Assembly (NCBI RefSeq): GCF_006345805.1
Contig: NC_043023.1
Span: forward strand, 8,866,001 to 8,930,000
Origin: Octopus sinensis
Taxonomy: Eukaryota
DNA length: 64,000 bases
Reading direction: 5' to 3'
This document shows positions 55,692 through 64,000 of the stretch, piece by piece. A program made the translations under genes and the position numbers. The notes under the pieces were generated by a model that searched no databases, had not been told where the DNA came from, and was given only the letters and a program-made list of their open reading frames with translations. The number at the start of each line of letters is the position of its first letter. Within the stretch, counting starts at the first letter, position 1.

Positions 55692-56631
55692 CGGGGGGGG
55701 GTGAGGTGAGTATGTAACACGTTTGAACATGTACTTTTTTCTGTAATATGACAATGGGCATGCTAGATCCTTTATTCGAACCAATCGAGCCCAGCATTAT
55801 TTATTTGGTGAAAGACTAGCACTTATTCTCTCGGTATCCTTTGCCGAACCACTAAGTTACTGTGTGTGTAACACCAACATTGGTTATTTGGTGATCTTGA
55901 GGGAACACAAATATATACTTAAATCTGTCTATATTTGTGTGTCTGAGTTTGTGCTAAAATAATATTAAATTTCATAGATCCGAACAAAATCAAAACCATT
56001 AATTCTATTTTTCCCTTTCCTTAAAACTATTAAGGCCATGATATGAGAGAGGTTTGGCTGTTATTTCCAGCAAACTGAAAAACCACACTGTTTTGTTCAA
56101 CTGGCTCATAAAAAAACTAAAAGACGAACACACGTATATGAAAGTACGTATGCGTGTGTGGGTGCGTGTGTATGTGTCTGTGTGTCTTCTCAGATCTCCG
56201 ACATCCTCCATCCACATGCACTCAATTTTGATATGTAGATACCAACGGTATCAGGGCGTGTATAAGTCTTGGAAAAATTACAAGAATCGATTCCAGATGA
56301 GAATGCGATCGATAAAGCCGTGGGAAATCGTTTTTCTTTGGTTGCACAATCGACAATATGGCGCTGATAGGGGTTGCTTCCCTTAACACCAAGCATGCAT
56401 ATTTCATACACAGTCCATCAATTTTCTATTTTCTTTTTCAACTACTGTTGAGTGACAAACAAATTTGCCAAACTCATTTAGTTACCTCCCTTTACAGTCT
56501 GAGGTGAAGCATCCGTCTTGGACGTAATCCGGTGTCCCTGCATGGATATACTCCTTGAAGTAGTTACTCTACAGTCGAACTTATTATTTTCATTTATTAT
56601 GAATGGACAAACCCCAAAAAAATTTTTTTAG

Positions 56632-57012
56632 TCTATTATATAAAATCCGTTCTGTCTGTATGTGTGTGTGTGTGTCTTCTAGGATCTTGGGCATCCTCCA
56701 TCCGATTGCGCTCAAAATAGATATGAAGATACCGACACTATGAGGGCGTGCATAAATCTTGAAAAAATTACAAAAATCGATTCTAGGTAAGAATGCGATC
56801 GAAAAAGCCGTGGGAACGTGTAGTTGTAAAATCGTTTTTCTTGGAATTGAGAATACGTCTATCTTTATTTCTTCTTCTGCTGGTGTCTCAACTTTAGATA
56901 AATCAGTGTTTCTCAAAGAGAAGACGTATGGGACGGTCAGACAAGTTGTTTGAGAAAATTTGGTTTAAATGTTTGACAACTTAGCACCGTTCATTTGACG
57001 GGGTATTTTGTG

Positions 57013-57013
<1 letters not shown>
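56632..57013 (+). mobile_element. Non-autonomous Helitron-like element; related pieces at about 7120-7375, 28505-28720, 31199-31405, 56170-56400
   Basis: 5' tctattatataaaatccgttctgtctgt(tg)n; 3' hairpin ccgttcatttgacgg. Confidence 0.55.
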
Positions 57014-57105
<92 letters not shown>

Positions 57106-57324
57106 TACGTCTATATATATATATTTATGTTTGTGTATATATCTGTGAACATGTGTATATATATTTGCGTGTGTATATATAGTATATATATATATACGTT
57201 TGTGACACATATTTACATATATATGTATGTGAGCATGTGTATGACTATAAATTGTGTTGTGGTTGTGTATGTGTGTGTGTGTGTGCGTGTGTGTTCTTGT
57301 GCGTGTGTGTGTGTGAGAGAGAGA

Positions 57325-57373
<49 letters not shown>

Positions 57374-57959
57374 TGCATGTTTAAATCTGCCTCTCTGCCT
57401 GCAATTACAAAAATGTTATTGAGTGCAACGGAATTCAGTTTACAATTCAGATTCGTCATATTTTTTATTCATGTATAGATATATGTATGTGTATATAAGC
57501 ATTGTAACTATGTGTTTGCATCTATGTTACCAACCTTAAGTGTTGCTCCCACTACATCTGTATACTGAAGATTTTATCAATGTTAATATAATAGAAACAA
57601 TTGTAGGCTTTATAATGTGAAATCTAATAAACGCAACTGTCTCTATATGTATCGTTTGTTGTCAAAATGTCTTTGTTTCTGTCCGAATTCTGCCATAGGA
57701 TATTTCAATTTATTTATCATACAGGAGGAATTCACCTGGGCGTGTATTCTACTTCTTATTACTGATGCCCAATTGTCGAATATTGTTAGATCTGAATCTC
57801 TGGATCCCCTTGGTCGTCCTACATGGCTTTCCCCGTATTGGGGAATTTTGTCTTTAATCGTTAATTGTTAATTGTTACGTTGTTCACATTAATTTATATA
57901 AATCACATCACAAACGTAAACCACAAACACTCATATCCTTAATCATTTTCATACCCACG

Positions 57960-58006
<47 letters not shown>

Positions 58007-58125
58007 ACACACAGACACCGTGAGGGTCTGTTAGAGATGATGAAAGAGAGAGCGAAGATAGAAGGGAAGACATTATATGTAGAAAGATACAATTAGATTA
58101 ATAATATCAGGAAGATCAAACTTGC

Positions 58126-58197
58126 AACTTTTTTAAATTGGTGAGACCTTCGAACGATCCATGTTTAATAATCGCGATTTCATTATTGGCTAGATAT
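58126..58197 (-). CDS. LRR exon type A with GC donor (72 nt): YLANNEIAIIKHGSFEGLTNLKK(L)
   Basis: ttacag|A TAT CTA GCC AAT AAT GAA ATC ... AAA AAG TT|gcaagt; open frame; non-canonical GC donor. Confidence 0.8.
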
Positions 58198-59935
58198 CTG
58201 TAAGTTGGAAGAGAATTGGTAAGAAATGGTATAAAAATGATTAGTCACACAATTTTAAATACGCATATGTCTAATAAACTGGATGTAGATGTAGAAGAAA
58301 AGGAAGTAGAAGTGCAAAAATTAGATGAAGATGAAGATAATGATAAGTGAAGGTTATGATGATATTGATAATGATGACTTGTGACGAAGTTGACTGATGG
58401 TGACGATGATGCTAATGATGATGTCGTTTATGATGATGAGATGATAATGAATGTTGTGTTGAGGACGGTGATGGTCACATTCATCGCCATGATGCTTATG
58501 ACGACAATGAAATTATAGAGGTACAAAAAATAGAATTGGAAGCGGAAATTACAAGAAAATTATGAAGTGAAATATACATATATATATTGTGAAGGATATA
58601 TACAGTATATATGTATGTCGGTCCCATAGGGGATAATGCCACTGTTGTTTATAGCTCCGGGATGACATTTCCGCTAGCTGCCAAAGCGACACACCACTTG
58701 TGTCTTACTTCTATTTGCGACCTAATATTATGGTTCCCGTCGCTGGTGTTACGTAATAAACACAGGCCCTGATTTCTGGGTAGCAACTCGTTATCGAAAC
58801 GCGGGTGTGTGTGTGTATCCCGTAAGGCTAGAGATGGCAATGGGTTTTTTTTCCTTTCGCAAATACTAATCAGACACAGACAGTGTGTCATTAGCCAAAT
58901 GGAGAAGATGTCCACCTGGGGCTATAATCGGTTGAGTTGTCTGCTACATTAGCTTATACAGATGTTTTCGGCTTTTAAGGAACGCTTCGCGCAGCTCTTT
59001 GTGGAACACAGTAGCTCAAAGTCAGGGATGTTCTTTATTGTCTACCAGGATGGCTTGCCGCGACATTCGAGTGAAGATACGCTGTTCAGCAAAAGAGCAA
59101 AACAGCTGCGGAATTTCGAAAATTGATGAAGGGATGCCCTAAGTAGATGTCACCATCATCCTGACACGATTTATTCTGACATATGCTAGACATATTCGAG
59201 GCTCTTTCTGTAGATGACACCTGCAACGGGTAAGCAAAACAGGTGTAATGGGGTTTCTGAGAAAGACCTAGAGAAGGAGGACATTTTTAAAAGTGTCAGA
59301 TGCATGATTCTGCTAAATGCAAACATTTCTCCAACTCGTCCTCTGATTCCAATGTGTTTCTGACGGTAAACAGTCAAATTCTTTGGAAGCATAAAACAAA
59401 TGCATTATGTTCTGCTTAGTATTTCTTATTCAACAGGAAAACAGTAAGGGAAAAGATAATGAAGGAAATGAAAGGAATGAATAATTATCCGGTGACTCAG
59501 TGACAGAAAGATAGATATGCACATACCAACACTTATATAATATCCTTCCTATCGTAGGCACACGTCCTGGAATGCTGGCGGAGGGTGCTAACTGATTATG
59601 TCGAATCATCGATTACAAATAGATAAATAGTGAAGTCGACTTCGGTTGAATTTGAACTCAGCAATCAAAAGCGGACGAAATGCAGCTCAAGATTTTGTCC
59701 AGCGTGATTACACATCTACCAGCACGCTGCCTCAATCACATGCATAATATGAAACAATGATATCAACCGCAGGAGTTCATATTCTCGAGCATCTTCACAC
59801 ATTCACAGACACACATAGCAAGAGGATGGGGTTTAGAGAATGTTAAAAAGAAGGACGAGAAAGAAAGATGGGAATACATTAAATATTTAGAAATATAGTC
59901 AACAAAAATGTATCAGCGAGACTGATCCAGCTTAC

Positions 59936-59971
59936 AAAGCCTTTAATCTGGATAGATTTTCGAATGATCCT
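59936..59971 (-). pseudogene. 3' half of LRR exon type D (GSFENLSRLKA(L)), truncated by a CR1-type LINE
   Basis: Donor gtaagc and 1.3 kb of flank match the 11488 copy; homology stops mid-exon where LINE sequence begins. Confidence 0.85.
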
Positions 59972-59979
59972 ACTTTCAA

Positions 59980-61148
59980 AATTGGCAAATGTTGGAATCC
60001 ATGCAAAAGTTCTGCACTGGATTAAGTATTTCCTAGCGAATAGAACACAACATATTGTAGTCGATGGAGTCCACTCAAGCCCAGAAAAAGTCACCAGACT
60101 TTCTTGGGCCCGCTCCTCATTATAATTTACAGAAATGACCTTTCCAGTGTCGTACATTACTGCAAAGTGAAAGTTTTTGCTGATGACACTAAGCTCCAGC
60201 AAATCATCAATGAAGAAGCGGACCGAACTCAACTCCAGTCTGATCTATATGCTGTGAGTCAATGGGCAGACAAAAACAAAATTCAACGGAACGAGGGAAA
60301 ATTTGAGCTGATGCATTTTGGAAGAAAGTCCACACTAAAGCAGCCATATTCTCTTCCATCAGGGGAACCGCTCACAGCCTCTAACAATATCAGAGACCTG
60401 GGCGTAATTGTTGATGAAAATCTTAGTTGGAGTGCCCACTTCAACAATTAGGTCGATATAGCTCGTAGGATGAGTTCCTGGACTTTAAGAACCTTCCGGT
60501 CCAGAGAACAAGGTGTCATCATACCACTTTTCTCCTCCTTTGTACGGACACACTCGAATACTACTGCCCACTGTGGTCTCCCCATACAAGAAAAAACATC
60601 TCGGGGATTGAATCACCCCAGAAGGCATTCACTAAACGAATTGAAGGCATGACTGCTCTCGATTATTGGGACCGCCTTAAAGCCTTGAAACTCTACTCTC
60701 TCCAGTGTCGCCGTGAGCGGTACATCATTTGTACGATGTGGAGAATATACCGCCAACTTTGCCCGAACGACCTGAGCATTACTTTCAAGGTTCATCAAAG
60801 GCTGGGACCACGGGCCATACGTCCCCTGCCCAATTCAGGATCACAGCATATAGCTACACTGCAACATAATTTATTTTCCTCAACAGGCCCTGCCCTGTTT
60901 AACATTGTGCCGAAAGAGATCAAAGAGGAAAAGGATCCAATCAACTTTAAACGGAGTCTGGACAGATTTCTTCAAGAAATACCCGAAAAGCCACCCATAC
61001 CTGGATACAACTCACTCAACAAAAATTCACTACTTGAATGGAGCATAAACAAAACTTGACTTAAACAGGATTTAGATAATCCTATAAAGTGGTGCCATTG
61101 AGTTAGACATGGCCTGGACCAATCTTTGGTCGAAACATATCTAAGTTT
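59980..61148 (+). mobile_element. CR1/L2-clade LINE, 5'-truncated, same family as 1920-3097
   Basis: ORFs 60104-60451 (VFADDTKL..RDLGVIVD) and 60649-61059; same 3' UTR ending ggtcgaaacatatctaagtt. Confidence 0.92.
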
Positions 61149-61152
61149 ATGC

Positions 61153-61184
<32 letters not shown>

Positions 61185-61247
61185 ATGGTCACTTTAAGGT
61201 CACATATATATATTTATGTATATATATATATATATCTATATATATGA

Positions 61248-61313
<66 letters not shown>

Positions 61314-61476
61314 GTTATCGCCATACTAATATGGCATTCTTATAAAAATAAGAATAAAGCTGTCCGCTTATTAGCTCCATGAGGCCATCGCCTCAAGTTA
61401 GCTATTTGATACACAAACTGTATCCATATAACCTTCGAACAAGGGAGGTCAGTCGCTCCACACTACTTGACCGGCA

Positions 61477-61518
61477 GCTACAGACGCGTTTCGGGGTATT
61501 GCCCCTTTTCAATGCAGC
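61477..61518 (-). ncRNA. Minimal hammerhead motif with U3-A8 core variant
   Basis: rc: gctgca TTGAAAA gggg caata cccc GAAA cgcg TC tgtagc. Confidence 0.6.
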
Positions 61519-61636
61519 GTAGCCAGACCAGTATATATATATGTAATTTACTACCCTGGTAATTATTTATCTATTTATCCTTGTTAATTGTTAACAAGGG
61601 AAAAATACACTCATCTCTCTCCCTCTCTCTCTCTCC

Positions 61637-61714
<78 letters not shown>

Positions 61715-62944
61715 GTAAGTATGTATGTATGTATGTATGTATGTATGTATGTATGTATGTATGTATGTATGTATGTATGTATGTATGCATGTCTGTATGT
61801 ATGTATGTATGTATTATGTATGTATGTATGTATGTATGTATGCATGTATGTATGTATGTATGTATGCATGTCTGTATGTATGTATGTATGTATGTATTAT
61901 GTATGTATGTATGTATACATGCATGTATGTATGTAAACGGTCACCCGTTGGAAACTTTTAGAAGAACGGGAACTAAGAAGAGCTGACGAACAGAGAGTAG
62001 CGAGAGGTATTTGGCGGAGAACATGGAAACTATTGGAGACAGAGACTTCTACCAGAATCTCATCGAATGTTTAAAACTCCGTTTGAAAAGGAATATGATG
62101 GTTGACGGAGATGTACTTTACACCGTCCAAGTAAATGGATAAAAGCTGGGTGAAAGCAAAGCTGCCATCAGTCGCTTGATTGGTCCAAGGATGGAGCTGC
62201 ATCAGATCAAGAAACTAAAATTTGACTTTTGATGAATCACTAAAGGCGAGTGATCATTGATTTCAGGCAGATATTAATAGCTTTTCTGGAGCGCTTTCCA
62301 ATGTTCGTCGACAATGGTGGGCCTTGCACGGTTAAGGGATTCACCGTCTCACTGGACGTCTCGTGTCATGTCTTGAGTGAAGCTTTGGAAAAGGCTGATA
62401 GCATCTCACAAAATTCATGTATCGATATCTATATTCACGTGGCAGATGTCACCAGGCTTTGCCAACATCGGTACCATTAGCTCTCTTTGGGTATTTGCCA
62501 TTGAGATGTTTTCTTTGTCATTTATCTGTAAGAATATCTAAGTCAGATTCTTTGCACGTACTTTCATTCGCTTAGCTTTTTCTGTGCTTTGACGGTGGGG
62601 GATTTGGTAGTGATGAATTTGTTTCGGTCTGCTGGCATTGCATGTGTGGATAAAGATTATGACTGATAAAGATGATGATGATGATGGTGATGATGATGAT
62701 AACCATAATGACGATGATGGTGACGACCACTACGAGGACGCAGACGATGATTATGATGACAAGATTTACTGATGGTGCTCTTAATATTTGGAATGATGAT
62801 GATGAGGAGGATGACACTGATATGCAATGTTGAAACTATAACAAAAGAGAAGGATGAGAATAGGAATAAAATTAACGACGAGCAGTTATTGATAAATGAG
62901 ATAAAAAGGGTAAAGAAGACTAAACTAGAACTGGAGACATGTAT

Positions 62945-62978
62945 ATATCTATATATCTATCTATCCATCTATCTATCC

Positions 62979-63036
<58 letters not shown>

Positions 63037-63408
63037 TCATCTATCTATCTATCTATCTATCTATTCATCTATCTATCTATCTATCCATCCATCTCTCGAT
63101 CTATCTATCTACCTATCTATCAAACTATCTATCTATCTGTCTATCTATCTATCCATCTATCTATCTATCTACCTATCTATCAAACTATCTATCTATCTGT
63201 CTATCTATCTGTCTATCTATCTATCCATCTATATATCTATCTACCTATCTATCAAACTATCTATCTATCTGTCTATCTATCTATCCATCTATCTATCTAT
63301 CTATCTACCTATCTATCTATCTGTCTATTTATCTATCTATCTATCTATCCATCTATTTATCTATCTATCTATCTATCTCTTTATCCTTCTATCTATCTAT
63401 CTATCCTA

Positions 63409-63453
<45 letters not shown>

Positions 63454-63532
63454 CATCCATCTATCTATCTATCTACCTATCTATTTGTCTATTTATCTGT
63501 ATATCTATCTATCCATCCATCAATCTATCTAT
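62945..63532. repeat. Long degenerate (TATC)n microsatellite
   Basis: About 590 bp of tatc/catc/tgtc units; source of the spurious 273-aa ORF. Confidence 0.95.
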
Positions 63533-63535
63533 CCC

Positions 63536-64000
63536 TGGCACCGCGAGTGTCGCGTTGCTCTCAAGCAACTCTGCCGTCCTGGGTCGACCTTGAGTGACTT
63601 CAACACAACCAAAGCATTCTATAGGGGATTAGTGGAGGGGAGGTACGACGACGAGCTCGGGGCGAACCTGGACGTCGACGAGGAGTACCTGACCCGCCTG
63701 TTCAGGATGACTTTCGGGCCAGGGCCCATGGACAACTTCCAGAGATCCCTGGCCTGGCAGTGTTACCGAGAAGCGCTACCCGTTCGGGATAAGCTCTACA
63801 GACACGGCTCGAGAAACACGGGGCCGACCTGCCCGAGATGCGGTCAGAGCGACGAAACCGTTCTGCACGCACTCGTGCAGTGTCCAACAATTTTCGACAT
63901 GTGGGCTTATGTCGAACAACTGCTGTCACGTGTGGGACGAGTCGGTTTATCAGCTGAGTCTATCGTCAATATTGTCACGCCTCCTTCCTTCAAACGGGAA
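63536..64000 (+). mobile_element. L1/Tx1-clade LINE ORF2 C-terminal zinc knuckle (zf-RVT), running off the window
   Basis: Uninterrupted frame [12 protein letters not shown]...[22 protein letters not shown]...[18 protein letters not shown]...W; GC-rich, probably young. Confidence 0.85.

Larger units (their letters stand above)
42165..55900. repeat. Tandem segmental duplication (units of about 6-7.5 kb: 42165-49700 and 49710-55900), one type-C LRR exon per unit
   Basis: Collinear high-identity sequence, including the 130-bp tandem subrepeat, (GATA)n, the TE block, Dong fragment and exon. Confidence 0.85.
57190..59971. repeat. Segmental duplicate of about 8965-11523 (A and D exon pair); partial copies at 3840-4900, 4930-6510, 31430-32465
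   Basis: Collinear sequence including MITE, SINE and both exons. Confidence 0.9.

Noticed and set aside
61935-62465. Possible LTR-element start or gag fragment
   Set aside because: Only a tggcg PBS-like hint; frames are broken and no convincing motif was found.
62772-63593. 273-aa ORF, the longest in the track
   Set aside because: Mostly translation of the (TATC)n microsatellite (YLSI repeats); antisense to intronic duplicate sequence.

Overview
AT-rich eukaryotic, repeat-dense DNA: (TA)n, (CA)n, (TATC)n and (TAA)n microsatellites, tRNA-derived SINEs, CR1-, Dong/R4-, Tx1- and RTE-type LINE relics, mariner, Helitron and Penelope-type foldback elements. The repeat complement suggests a cephalopod (octopus-like) genome; this is inference. 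Almost all ORFs in the supplied track are microsatellite or TE noise. The real signal is invisible to that track: the minus strand carries an array of at least 14 micro-exons, mostly 72 nt, AG...GT, all phase 2-2. Each encodes one 24-aa leucine-rich repeat (xLxxNxIxxIExGxFxxLxxLxx|L). They were amplified by nested 1.5-7 kb segmental duplications into four sub-families (A, B, C, D) plus one unique 69-nt exon. Ten are intact (one with a GC donor); four have a dead splice site, an indel or a LINE truncation. Paralogous exons differ far more than their flanking introns, almost entirely non-synonymously and at the solvent-exposed LxxLxLxxN positions next to the splice junctions. This looks like a diversifying, combinatorially spliceable LRR-cassette receptor locus. 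No N- or C-terminal domains are in the window, so the gene cannot be named. The introns also hold several hammerhead-ribozyme motifs and long foldbacks.
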